In this document: piece after piece, positions 48,010 to 60,005 of the stretch
Layout of the letters: the number at the start of each line of letters is the position of its first letter
Numbering within the stretch: the first letter of the stretch is position 1
The notes under the pieces: generated by a model
The model's database searches: none
What the model saw: the letters and a program-made list of their open reading frames with translations, nothing else
Told to the model about the DNA's origin: nothing
Origin: Felis catus
Lineage: Eukaryota
Reading direction: 5' to 3'
Length of the DNA stretch: 64,000 bases
NCBI RefSeq assembly: GCF_018350175.1
Contig: NC_058383.1
Coordinates: 20,152,001-20,216,000, forward strand
Translations under genes and position numbers: made by a program

Positions 48010-49396
48010 GAGAAAATATTTGCAGAAGATACCTGCTAGAGGACTGTGTTCCAAAACATACATACGCAAGAAACTTGAACTCGACCATAAGAAAACAAAC
48101 AACCTGATTAAAAATAAGCCAGAGTGACAGACACCTGAGCCAAGAAGATCTAGGGACGGCAAATAAATGTATAAAAAGACACAACTGGGGCGCCTGGGTG
48201 GCTCAGTCGGTTAAGCGTCCGACTTCAGCTCAGGTCACGATCTCGCGGTCCGTGAGTTCGAGCCCCGCGTCGGGCTCTGGGCTGATGGCTCAGAGCCTGG
48301 AGCCTGGTTCCGATTCTGTGTCTCCCTCTCTCTCTGCCCCTCCCCCGTTCATGCTCTGTCTCTCTCTGTCTCAAAAATAAATAAAAACGTTAAAAAAATT
48401 AAAAAAAAAAGACACAACTGATATGACACTGTATGTTAACTAGAATTTAAATAAAAACTTGAAACTACAAAAAAAAAAGGTGCCCCACATCGTGTCATCG
48501 GGGAAATGCAAATCAAAACAACCGTGAAATACCAGTACACCCCTCCTAGAACGGCCCAAATCCCATACACTGACAACACCAAATGCCGGTGACGATGTGG
48601 AGCGACAGGAACTCTCTCGCGCTGTGGGAATTCAAAAATGGCGCAGCCACGTCGGAAGACGGTTTGGCAGTTTCTTACAACACTAACCATGCTGTTGACT
48701 GAGTGACCACGCTCCTTGACATTTACCCAAATACTCCTTGGCGTTCACGTCTGCACAAAATCCCGCGGGTGGATGTTTGTAGCCGCGAAACCTGGAAGAA
48801 ACATCAAGATGCCGTTCGGTGGGTGAACGGATGAATCAATGGTGGTATATCCAGGCATCGCATTTATTATTCAGTGCTAAAGTGCTAAAGAGCAATCAGG
48901 CCATGAAGGCATGGGAGACATTTCAATGTGGATTACCAAGTAAAGGAAGTCAGTCTGAAAACCCATACTGTATGACTCCAGGTATACGACATTCTGGAAA
49001 AGGCTAGCCATGGAGACGGTAAAATGATGCGTGGCTGCCAGGGAACGCGGGGGAGGAAGAGTTGGGTGGGTAGAACACAAAGGACTTTTAAGGCAGTGAC
49101 GTTGTTCTATCGGGTACGTATAAAACCGTATGGTTATAGGATGCTACGTGATACGTATCATTATACATTTGTCCCAACCAGCTGAGTGGATGACGCCAAG
49201 AGTGAACCCCACTGTAAGCTCTGAAGTTTGGGGGATAATGACGTGTCATTTTAGGACCATCAGTGGTAACAAATGTACCATTTTGGTGGGGGACATTGGC
49301 TGCGCGTGTATAGGGGCAGGGGCTCTATGGGGAATCTCTGGACCTTTCTTTAATTCTGTTTGGAACCTAAAACTTCTTTAAAAGATAAAGTCTGTT
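48010..49396 (+). mobile_element. old L1 (L1MC-like) ORF2 end and 3' UTR
   Basis: AGAAAATATTTGCA, GGGAAATGCAAATCAAAACAAC, GTTTGGCAGTTTCTTACAA, ATGACTCCA...ACATTCTGGAAAAGGC, TAACAAATGTACCA; interrupted by a SINE and a short young L1 tail (about 48420-48478). Confidence 0.85.
48187..48405 (+). mobile_element. young SINEC_Fc
   Basis: Near-consensus; TSD AAAAAGACACAACT (48173-48186 / 48406-48419). Confidence 0.97.
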
Positions 49397-49399
49397 CAT

Positions 49400-49848
49400 A
49401 GGGTCCCTGGGTGGCTCAGTCGATTGAGTGTCTGACTCTCGATTTCAGCTTGGGTCATGAGATTTCACCAGGGTCGTGAGATCGAGCCCCCGCATCGGGC
49501 TCTGCCCTGAGCATGCAGCCGGATTGGGATTCTCTCTCTCTCTCTCTCTCTCCCTCTGCCCCTCTCCCCTGCTCGCATGCTGTCTCTAGCTCTCTAAAAT
49601 AAAATAATTTAGGGGCACCTGGGTGGCTCGGTAGGTTAAACACCCGACTTTGGCTCAGGTCGTGAGCTCATGGTCTGTGGGTTCGAACCCTGGGTCGGGC
49701 TCCGTGCTGGCAGCTCAGAGCCCGGAGCCTGCTTCAGATGCTGCGTCTCTCTCTCTCTCCCTGCACTCCCCTGTTCGCACTCTGTCTCTCTCTCTCTCAA
49801 AAAGAAATAAACATTTAAAAAAAGTAAAAATAAAATAATTTAAAAATA
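49400..49848 (+). mobile_element. Can-SINE (outer) carrying a second SINE in its tail
   Basis: Head at 49400; ATAAAGTCTGTT at 49385-49396 and 49849-49860. Confidence 0.9.
49612..49826 (+). mobile_element. Can-SINE nested in a SINE tail
   Basis: TSD AAAATAAAATAATTTA at 49596-49611 / 49827-49842. Confidence 0.92.
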
Positions 49849-49879
49849 ATAAAGTCTGTTAAAAAAAAAAAAAAGCTCT

Positions 49880-50340
49880 CCGGAAGTTAGCGTGCAAAGT
49901 CTTGCGGTTAGAGACAATTTTGTTGTCTCCCGTTATACAACGAACCAGCCCTCAACTCAGTGGGTCAGCTGGGCCTGAGTTCGCTCATGTGGCTCAGTTC
50001 AGCTGGAGAGTTGGCTTGGCCACAGCCGTCCAAGATGGCCCAGCCGCACGCCCGGCAGTTAGTTGGTGCTGGCTGTTGGCCGAGGCATCTCGGTTCTCCT
50101 CCACGTAGACTCTTATCCCCCGGTGGGCTAGACTGGCTTCTCCGAAGTGCTGTCCAAGGGAGCGAGCCCCGATGCACAAACACTCATCAAACTTCTGCGT
50201 GTACCATGTCCGCACGGGTCCCGCTGGCCAAAGCACGTCCCAAGGCCAAGTCCAGAGTCCACGTGGAGAGTAACCCACAAGGGTGTGGATAATGGGGTGC
50301 ACGATGTGTCCGAGGCCTTGCTGTAGCAAACTACCTGGGA
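49880..50340 (-). mobile_element. old MaLR LTR (MLT1I/J-like)
   Basis: GCTCATGTGGCTCAGTTCAGCTGG...TCCAAGATGGCC...GGTGCTGGCTGTTGGC...GGTTCTCCTCCACGT...TGGCCAAAGCACGTC. Confidence 0.6.
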
Positions 50341-53319
50341 CCGCACAGTGGTGACGACAAATTCGGTCTCAGCGGGACCCTCGACTAACCGGCCCCAACA
50401 CACTGCAGTTAACCCTCTGGTAGGATGACCGATAGACACGTTCAACTGTGTCTTTGTTTTTGTTCGAATTTTGTTGATCCTATTGGATACAAGGAAGGAA
50501 GCGAAACCCTTCCGATGATCCTGTATTTTAGGGGCATTTTTAGGAGCAGGTAGGACCTTTTTGAAGCCAGCCTCTTCCTGGCTTCTGTGGCATGGTTGAG
50601 ACTCTCAAGGCAGGCTTCCCTGTTGAGAAGGGAAGAGAGACGATGGGCACCTTTGAGGGTGCAAGCAGAGAGAGGTTGGATCTTCCCAGACTGGGAAGAA
50701 AAAGGAGGACTCTAGGGTCCCCAAGCACTGGAGATCTGGGACTGGTTTCCTCTTCACACCCCAGAAGGTTACAGAGAAGGTGGAGATCACGGCATGGTGC
50801 ACCGAGAGAAACTGTGTCCACTCCAGTGGACCCCAAGGGTACTGTGCACCTTGGAGGTGTTCAGCATGGAAGCTCTGTCCACTGTCATCCAAGGGTAACC
50901 TCCCAAACGTTTGCTTTGTGTGAGACCCCAGGACCCCAGGACATTTGCAAGATCCAGCCTGAGGGGAGAGGGAAACCTAGTCCATTTCCCTCTCTGGACA
51001 GGATGGAGGCCATGAGTGAGATATAATTTGATATCAACGTTAATTTAAGAGTTCCTGCACTCTTAAGTTTGGGGGCTAGGATTCATTCGGCTGCAGTTCT
51101 TTCTTGCCCACCGTGTTGGAAAAATATGGAAAAATGTTCTATTGTACATCAGCACCAAGACCCCTAGACAACATGTCTCTCCTTCCCCCGGGGTCCCACC
51201 CACAGGGTACGGCTGTGACCTGCGGTCGCTACATCCGTGCCCTCCACACACACGGCTTTCTCTGCTGATGCCCGGGTTCCTCCTTCCCCATCTTCGCGGT
51301 GTTTGTTTTGATCTCTCCCCCAGATCCCTCTGTCGGATGTAGCTCTTGCCAAATGCTGGCTGAAAAAAAAAAAAAAAGAAAGTAGAAGGAAAACATAGGG
51401 TATAGAGAGGGCTGCACTCGAGTTTGGAGCGAGGGCTGGCCCCCTGCAGCTCAGGCGGGACATGAGAGAGAGGAGCCCCCGTCTGAGTCTGACACTTGAC
51501 TGCAGTGTGAGAATCGCGCAGGGCTGTCTGCTCGGGCAGCCTCCAACCCATCTCTTTTTAAAAGTGGTCCAAATCCCTGTCTTCAAGTTGGTGGAGTAAA
51601 CTGATAATTAAGCAATTAAGCATCAAAGGGAGGTTCTTCCGGCCCTGGCAATTGTTCAGAAAACCAGTGAAGAAATCACAGTGGAGATAAAGGACAACTG
51701 ATTTGAGTCTTCCTTTCAAAGGATGTGCAGGCCCCAGGGGGCTGGGGTTCAGGGTGGTCCGGGGCAGGTGTCAGGGGTGCTCTGGCCGCAGTGCGAGGAG
51801 TCCTGGCCAAGCCCTGGGTCTCCCAGGAGCCCGGCTCCCGAGATCCAGGATCTCCCCCGCCCCTCCCACAACAGGCCAGGGATGGGGGGACTGGGGGACT
51901 TCCCAGATTGGGGTCTGAACCCTTCCGGAGGCCCCCTGGGCCATGCTGGCTGGCCCCTCTTCCTGGTATACAGGTTGTCCTCGAAGTACTGAGCTCATGG
52001 ATGCTTAAATACATCACTTGTTAAGTAATTTGAGACAGCACTTCTCATCTAAAATAAACATCTCTTCGTTAACATTGCGTGCCAGGCACCAGGAATCCAG
52101 CAGAGCATGAAACTCACAAAAGTCCTGGCCACGTTGAACTTGCGCCGGAGAAGACAGATAGTAAACAAATGAATAAGGAAAGGATCCAGAATGCCGGGGT
52201 GTGATACGCGGGAAGCAGAAAAATAGAGTAGGAGAGGGAGACCGGTGATGTTGGGGGGTGTGATTTAAGTAGGAGGGTGGGGAGGGGGACTAAAGTGATC
52301 TGGAAGTAGCCTCACCAAGACCCCACTCCACGTCCGTTACTCCAGCAAAGTCCCTTCATCTCCCGGAGGTCTGATCTCCTGAACGGTCTCCTCGTTGGTT
52401 TCTCTGACGTTAGTTTTCCCCTTCCGATCCATCCCGCACACTCCAGCCAGAGTGGATTCGACCCATTCAAATCAGACCGCGTCACTTACGGGCTTAGAAA
52501 TCCAAGATGATTCCCATTCATCAGAGGGGAGGCCTCTGCTGCCCCCAGGCACCAGGCGGGGAAGTTCAGTGGGTGGAGAGGTACAGTGGGGGCTGGGCAA
52601 CGATAGAAGAAGGGGTGGGGCCTAAAGAGACCACGTCTCCTAAGCTCCAACTTGGGTAGCTGTGAAGAAATACAGACCTGGTGAAGCCAGATTCTGATAT
52701 TTTTTTTTTTTTTAGATGAGGACTTTAATCTTGATACTTACATGAAATCTATTCGTGCTCAAATCGTGGGCAGTCAATGAAAAAAATTTTAAACACTATG
52801 GGTTCAGCAGAACATGTCTGTGAGCGAATGCTGGGCCCCCGGGGCCACAAGTTTGCAAATTCTGGTGGAGGATAAAAACCGGTCTCCCTGTTGAAACTCA
52901 TCCATACAAATTCACCCTCACAACTTCCTTTGCCTCTTCCTCCTTCTCCCCAAACGCGTACCAGACTCGTATTTTGGGTATAGTAGAGTGAACATTGGTT
53001 CCCAGATCAAACACCCTCTCTCATACCGCTGGGCTACTTTTCTTTCTATAGGGATTAGCAAACTCCTATTCACACTACAAAACCCAGCTCAAAGCCACCT
53101 ACTTTGTGAATCCTTCCATTATCCTCCAGAGATGGATCATTCCTCTTTCCTGAGAACTTTCACAGCATTAGGCCCATGTGTCTGCTGTTAGATACAGCAG
53201 ATTATACGGTAAATCATAGGCATGTCTGCTCTAACTCCCTGTGATTTTCTCGAAGCAGAGATTGGGGGTTTTTGCATTCCAAGAGAAGGTGCTCCGTAGG
53301 TTGACGGGAGGGCAGGAAA

Positions 53320-53490
53320 GCATATGGTTAGGAGCTCAGGCTCTGGACCCAGAGAGATCCCCGCTAAAATCTCAGCCCTACCATTTCCACGGCCACACTG
53401 GACTTTGCTTATCTGTAAAGTGGGTACAACACTGAAAAGAGGCAACACCTGTAAAATGCCGGCACAGAGTCAGCTTTCAGCACATGCTCA
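53320..53490 (+). mobile_element. MIR SINE relic
   Basis: TGGTTAGGAGCTCAGGCTCTGGA...TTATCTGTAAAGTGGG...TGCCGGCACAGAG. Confidence 0.6.
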
Positions 53491-54271
53491 AAAAGAAAAC
53501 AAATTCAAAAAGAAGAGAAATCAATTTCCACGCGTGGCTTTCAAAGATCTCCTTCTAGCTCTGCCCTTAAGGAGGACAGACCTCCACGTTGCAAGGAACC
53601 CAGGGCCCTCGTGTTCATTCAATGGTGAGGCCCCAGTTCCAGGGGGATGAAGTCCGGGCACCCCTGTGGCTCCTCTCTGTGCACCAGCCAGACCTCTCCT
53701 TCTCCCAGACCACCCTCTGCCCCCCTTCCCTGCCAGAGCGGATTCGTTGCTTAGCTTTCAACACTTTTCTTTTCAAATGCGGAATCCTGGGTTCTGCGAA
53801 TAACACCGAAGACACAGACTTGGGAACCGTAACCGTTCTCACCATGGACGCCAGTCTCGGGTCTTCGCAAGGGTCCCTTGGGATAATCGGGGCCGGTTTT
53901 TTTTTCCGTTTGAAAGACCAAGAGCCCAAGGCCCAGGAAGGGACTCATTCTAGCAGCCGTGACTCTAGAATGCCGCTGACATCCTCCTTAGGTTGGCTTC
54001 GTGCCATTTACCGTATCGTGCGGGGCCTTACTTGGCCTCCACCTCATGCATTTGGCGACTGCAGGCCAGGCGCCTGTGTGGCGGCAGGCGGGACAGCACC
54101 ATCCCTGTCCCCACGGAGCTCACGTGCCACGTGGAAGGCAGGTCGGTGCAGTTCCGAACCTGCCGGCGGCATCCCTGAATGAAGGGGTGAATTCGTGACA
54201 ACACTGAATTCCGGCTTCCGCGGCAGGAAGTCCCCTGCGGTGGATATTTGTGGCTTAGATGCTTCGAGAAT

Positions 54272-54490
54272 CGCTTAGTTTCCTCGGGCTGCCATAACAA
54301 ATCACCACAAACTTGGCAGTGTAGGCCGGCCGGAACGTTTTCCCTCGCAGTTCAGGGGGTCCGAAGTCCACGCTCCAGGTGCTGGCAGGGTTGGCTCCTT
54401 CCGAAGGCATGGTGGGAGAATCCTCTCCAGGCCTCTCTCTCCCAGCCTCTGGCGGCTGCCGGCACTCCGTGGCCTGGAGACACATCCTTC
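54272..54490 (-). mobile_element. MLT1C/D-like LTR fragment
   Basis: TTAGTTTCCTCGGGCTGCCATAACAAATCACCACAAACTTGG...GGCAGGGTTGGCTCCTTCC. Confidence 0.75.
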
Positions 54491-54949
54491 CCGCGGTGGG
54501 GATGGGGGGGCTCTTCTCTTGGTCCGGGCTGCTGAAATGACAGAAGGATTACACCCCACGTTCTTGGCGTGGCAGGTCAGTGCTTCCCTGCGGAGGCTTT
54601 GCATAGCACTCCGTGGGGATGGCGAGAGAGCCCACACCAGACTTCTGGGCACAGAGCACCCCAGAGTCGAAATCAAGGCCTCCTGGCAATTGAATCACCT
54701 CAGCAGGACCCCAGGGGTCAATGGGGGTGGATGTTATGTTTTCCAAGGTAACCGTGCACGCCAAGGGAAAAGACGGGGAGGACATAAGCCAGCCTTTGAT
54801 GGCAGCGTCTGGAAATCATCCCCACTGGAAACACTTTCATGAGCCTACTCGACCTGGCTTCTGTGGAGGGTGAGTCACATGACCGTTCGCGGGAGGCTAA
54901 CTTGAGGAAGCTCAGACAGGTCAAACCCACTGTGTTCTAGATCCTGCAA

Positions 54950-54966
54950 TTTCTCTTTCTTTCTTT

Positions 54967-55030
<64 letters not shown>

Positions 55031-55139
55031 TTCTTTGTTTCTTTCTTCCTTTTCTTTATTTCTCCCTTCCCTTCTTTCTTTCTTTCCTTCTCTCTCTCTC
55101 TCCCTCCCTCCCTCCTTCCCTCCCTTCCTTCCTTTCTGT
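54950..55139. repeat. (TTTC)n and CT-rich microsatellite derived from a SINE tail
   Basis: Long TTTC run followed by CCTT/CT units, abutting a reverse SINE. Confidence 0.95.
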
Positions 55140-55581
55140 CTTTTTATTTTTCAGAGTACAAGCAGGGGAGAGGGGCAGAGGGGGAGAGAGAGAGAGAGAG
55201 AGAGAGAGAAAATCCCAAGCGGGCTTCACTCTTGGCGTGGAGCCCAACACGGGGCTCGATGCCACGACCCTGGCATCATGACCTGGGCCGAAATCAAGAA
55301 TTGGATGCTCGGGGCACTTGGGTGGCTCAGTCAGTTGGACTTCAGTTCAGGTCATGATCTCACAGTCTGTGAGTTCGAGCCCCGCGTCGGGCTCTGTGCT
55401 GACAGCTCGGAGCCTGGAGCCTGCTTTGGATTCTGTGTCTCCCTCTCTCTCTGCCCCTCCCTCACTCATGCTCTGTCTCTGTCACTCTCAAAAATGAATG
55501 TTAAAAAATGTTAAAAATGTTTTAAAAAGTTAAAAAAAAAAAGAATTGGGTGCTCAACCGACTGAGCCACCCAGGCGCGCC
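55140..55581 (-). mobile_element. Can-SINE (outer), split by an oppositely oriented SINE
   Basis: Reverse body 55140-55310; head resumes 55556-55581. Confidence 0.9.
55311..55540 (+). mobile_element. Can-SINE nested in the opposite orientation
   Basis: TSD AAGAATTGG(A/G)TGCTC at 55296-55310 / 55541-55555. Confidence 0.93.
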
Positions 55582-55604
55582 ACCCCCCCTGCACCTTCTT
55601 TTCT

Positions 55605-55827
55605 TTTTTTTAAATTTTGTTTTTCAACGTTTATTTATTTTTGGGACAGAGAGAGACAGAGCATGAACGGGGGAGGGGCAGAGAGAGAGGGAGACACAGA
55701 ATCGGAAGCAGGCTCCAGGCTCTGAGCCATCAGCCGAGAGCCTGACGCGGGGCTCGAACTCACGGACCGTGAGATCGTGACCTGGCTGAAGTCGGACGCT
55801 CAACCGACTGAGCCACCCAGGCGCGCC
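55605..55827 (-). mobile_element. young SINEC_Fc with chimeric 5' end
   Basis: Young-type body; associated with a 53-bp exact duplication (55552-55604 / 55798-55850). Confidence 0.93.
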
Positions 55828-58006
55828 ACCCCCCCTGCACCTTCTTTTCTAAAGTGGGTTGAACAGACGTGAAAGAGGCCAGGTTTGGCCACTTTAAGGT
55901 GGCCTTGGGAAGGTAACTCCCCTCTTGACACCCTCCTTGTGCATAATATAATGAGTTATGACCGTACCTATTTAACAGGATTATGGTCATAATTAAATTA
56001 GAAAATCTATATATAGTTCTTAGCATAGCGTTTGGCTTGTAGAAATATGCAATATATTTTGGCTATTTATTGTTTTGGATTCACTTCCCATTTTCCTTTT
56101 TATGACCCTGCTAGGTTCTCTGTCCTGCCATCCCAGAACGCATAGCATGTCTGCGCAGAAATCAGTCTCGAGATCTGGGCACTAATAAAGCGTTCCGCCT
56201 ATCTGGTTTTGCTCCTTCTGTTTATCCAGGCAAAGTGTCCTTATAAAACCATGCCGGTACGGGTGCTGAGTTTTTAAAATAATGACTGCAGGTTGAAAAG
56301 TATGCCTACTCATTATAAGCCATTCAAATGGTGCCAAGGCAGGAAGAAGGAAGTCAAAGAACTCACTCTGAGTCTTAATACCTAAAAATAACCCTCGTCA
56401 ATACGAAGTGCCTATCATTCCACACAGCTTTCCAGCATCAAGCCAGAAAGACAGACAAACTATAATAAATACAATTATATCTGTTACTTAAATAAAAGTT
56501 CTGAAGTCAAATTTTCCTGAATTTGACAGAAGAAAACACAAATGACGTGACACTGAAGGGTTTGCCAGAATGAATTCTCCGCCGTAAAATGCATTATTCC
56601 CATTAAGAGTCCTCTAAGGTTAAGGAAAAGATATATTGGCAGACGTAAGAATCGATGCTACTTTTAACGTCGTATTTTAATTTTGGACGGTATCACAGGG
56701 CTCCTGATGCAAAAGACGGGAAACACTGGCATTGGTCCCAAGTCCGTGGATTTTTGAAAATGGCCCCTCTAGTCTTACCTCGTCACCATGGATCAATTCA
56801 TGCTTTGTTCTGGGCCATTAGAACTCAGGCCCCGCTTTCTTCCTGATGTTTAACGCCCTGGTGGAAAAGCTTCAGACTTCACCTTGATTCTCATACCTTT
56901 TTCCCCGGAGAGAATACGCACTTCGGTTCCGCAGATGGTTTCTCCCTTCTTTCAGGAAATTTTCCTTCTAATATATTTGCATTTCTCTTCGTTTTGTATT
57001 TGTTGAGTTCTTGACATCAGGGACGTTAGCGATCTTAACATTGGCTCACTTCACGCTCCCTGTTTGCCCACTCCCTGCCTTAAGTGCTTTAATCTCACGG
57101 TCTTATCTTTATTTTAAATGCAATTATGTCAAGACTTTCCTCTGTGTCAGTAAATCATTTTTTCAGCTTCATCTATTTTTTCCTTTGATGTTTCTAAATT
57201 ACCCATTCTGCATGAATATCATTGGGCCTCAATTTTGTCTTTTCGGCATTGCCACCTCCCATGCGCCTCATTCTTGGGAAAACTCCTTTGTCTTTGAATT
57301 CCCACTTGGTTGCCGCAGGGTTCGGGTTAGGTTCTTTGCCACGAATCGTTGGGCCGTGTTTCCTCCTGTTCTTTGGGGGCATTTTTTTCCAGTTTCCATT
57401 TCATGTTTCTTCCCGTCTCTCCCCTTCCCCCAAAGCAAGTGTGCGTGGCTGTTACATTTTCTTTCTGGTTTTGCTCGTGCTTCTGCTTGCTGAGGGTAGG
57501 GCTGAATTTTCCCTCTTGCCAGACCTGTTTGCCTTCCAAGCAACAGCGTGAGGGCCGGGATTTTGTGTTGCAGCTTCTTCTCCGTCGCCTGAGATCAGGG
57601 GAGCTGGCAGGTGGAGGGCAGATGCCGTGTCAGAACAACCACACTCCGCTCTCTTCCCAGAGGTGGTCCTTCGCCCGGTGTCGGTGTCCACCCACCCGGG
57701 AGGTGTCCCAGAGGATGCCCCCTGCCCTCAAACTGCTCCCCTGTTCAAAGTGGCGACGTGAGTCTTTGTCCCCACCAAAAGTATCACTGTTCGTTGTTTG
57801 CCTCTTCTGTCTTCACTCGCCTCTCCCCGCCTCTCCCCCTACCCCGACAGTCAGAGCAGGAAACGCCTTCCCCCACCTCTGTCCACTCATTTGATTGCTC
57901 GGAGATATTCTTGAAATATATGGCTTTCCGTTATCCCATCAGGACCCCGCTGGGGTGTGGGCCGAAGGTGAGAAGTCAGGAGTCATACTGCTCTAAAAGT
58001 TTTGTT

Positions 58007-58122
58007 TCTTTTTCCTTTAATTAATTTATTTTAAGTAACCTCTACACCCAACGTGGGGCTTAAACTCGTGACCCCGAGATCAAGAGTCCTGTGCTGTTCC
58101 GACCGAGCCAGCCAGGCGCCCC
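58007..58122 (-). mobile_element. short Can-SINE variant
   Basis: AGTAACCTCTACACCCAACGTGGGGCTTAAACTC...GAGATCAAGAGTC...GAGCCAGCCAGGCGCCCC. Confidence 0.85.
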
Positions 58123-58389
58123 TAAACGTTCTTTACTTGGTGAAGCATTTTGTAGATTACAGCATCATGTGATCCTCCTTCCCTTGGTTCTTCTGGTTAT
58201 TATCATTATTATCGCTAATTGCCTTTTTGGTAATTTTAACCGTTGTTTATTTATTCCATTAGTATTGAGGGAGAGAGATTCTGTGATAGTTTTACTCTTT
58301 CCTCTTTATCCAGAAGATCCTTTAGTAAGGATTTTATATTTCAAGTAAAAGGTGATCAAAGCTGAGAGTAGTTAAAAATGCATGGCTGG

Positions 58390-58815
58390 AAGTCCTAGAA
58401 AAGTCAAAATATTCTTAAATAGAAGAACATAATTGGAAGATCACACTACTTGATTTCTGGACTTACCGGAAAACTATAGTAATCAAGACAGGGTGGTGTT
58501 ATTGACTTAAGAATAATAAATTGGGGCACCTGGGTAGCTCAGTCAGTTAAACATCCAACTCTTGTTTTCAGCTCAGCTTATGATCTCATGGGTTTGTGAG
58601 TTTGAGCCCCACATCAGGCTCCATGCTGACAATGTGAAGCCTGCTTGGGATTCTCTCTCTCCCTCTGTCTGTGTCCTCTCCCTGCTTTGCTCTCTCCCTC
58701 TCTCTCCTCCCTAAAAACTAAATAACCCCCCAAAAAAGAATAATAAATATAACAGAATAGAGTCCAGAAATAGACACACGCTTTGTGACAAAACCACAGA
58801 GATAATCCAAAGGCA
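58390..58815 (+). mobile_element. old L1 ORF2 fragment interrupted by a SINE
   Basis: ACTATAGTAATCAAGACAGGGTGGT ... AACAGAATAGAGTCCAGAAATAGAC. Confidence 0.7.
58523..58735 (+). mobile_element. Can-SINE
   Basis: CpG-decayed body; TSD AAGAATAATAAAT on both flanks. Confidence 0.92.
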
Positions 58816-59136
58816 GGAGGGGGGAAATTATACTTAATGTACTAATTTGGGTCTGATTCTTTTTTTCCTCAATAACATGGTGTTTTTGAGATTCTCATAT
58901 TGTGTGGCATTGATCAGAAGTTTGATCCTTTGGTTACTGAGTGATATTCTATTATAAAAATATACTCCATTGACATCCTTAGTCACTCTCCTATGGAGGA
59001 ATACATTTCAGTTGTTTCCAGTTTGGGGCTGTTCTGAATAAAGTAGAACATCCCGGTGTAACCAACCAACCAATCAAACAAACAAATAATTAAGACTTTA
59101 TGAAGGAGGTTTTAAAACTTTAATGTATTATCTTAC

Positions 59137-59304
59137 TTTTTAAAGTTAATTATTTTGAGAAAGAGAGAGAAAGAGAATCCCAAGCGGGTTCCGCACTGTC
59201 AGCCCAGAGCCTGATGCAGGGCTCAAACCCACGAACCGTGAGATCACGACCTGAGCCAAAACCAAGAGTCAGATGCTCAACCGTCTGAGCCACCCATGCA
59301 CCCC
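59137..59304 (-). mobile_element. Can-SINE
   Basis: Reverse SINE ending GAGCCACCCATGCACCCC. Confidence 0.9.
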
Positions 59305-59320
59305 TGAAAGAATTTCTTTT

Positions 59321-59548
59321 AAGGAAACCGTAAGAGACTGTTGAATACAGAGAACAAACTGAGGGTTGCTGGAGGGGAGGTCGGGGGAGGGATGGGTTAA
59401 ATGGGTGACGGGCGCTAAGGAGGGCACTTTTCTGGATGGGCACTGGGTGTCATAGGTAAGAGACGAATCCCTGGGCTCTGCTCCTGAAGCCAAGACTACA
59501 CTGTAGGTTAACGAACGTGAATTTAAATCAAAAAAATCAAAACAAAAG
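59321..59548 (+). mobile_element. carnivore L1 3' UTR fragment
   Basis: AAACCGTAAGAGACTGTTGAATACAGAGAACAAACTGAGGGTTGCTGGAGGGG... followed by an A-rich tail; homologous to 34537-34805. Confidence 0.88.
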
Positions 59549-59788
59549 ACTGAACTTGGAACCTGGAAATGGAATTGAGAAGATACAGTCTACGCTTTGT
59601 TGACATATGTCTGTTTCCATGCTCCTTCAGGCTGTGAAGTGTATCTGGTATAGAATAATCTATGCTTCTCCTCCACAGTGCTTATTCTCTCCCATCCCTG
59701 CTAATTCCAGGCCACCTGCTGCACCTGACTTTTCTACCTGGGGGCAGGAGGGAGTGGTGGTCAAAAACAGGGCCTGGATTACCTGGAT

Positions 59789-60005
59789 TCTTTCTTTTTT
59801 TTAATGTTCGCTTATTTTTGAGACAGAGAGAGACAGAGTGTGAGCAGGGGAGGGGCAGAGAGAGAAGGAGACAAAGAATCGGAAGCAGGCTCCAGGCTCC
59901 GAGCTGTCAGCACAGAGCCTGACGCGGGGCTCGAACTCACGAACCGCGAGATCATGACCTGAGCCGAAGACGGCCGCTCAACAGACTGAGCCACCCGGGC
60001 GCCCC
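59789..60005 (-). mobile_element. Can-SINE inserted in a MIR
   Basis: TSD TGGATTACCTGGAT (59775-59788 / 60007-60020); MIR continues to about 60180. Confidence 0.95.

Noticed and set aside
53589..54182. 197-aa ORF
   Set aside because: No recognisable protein family or convincing splice context; treated as a chance ORF.
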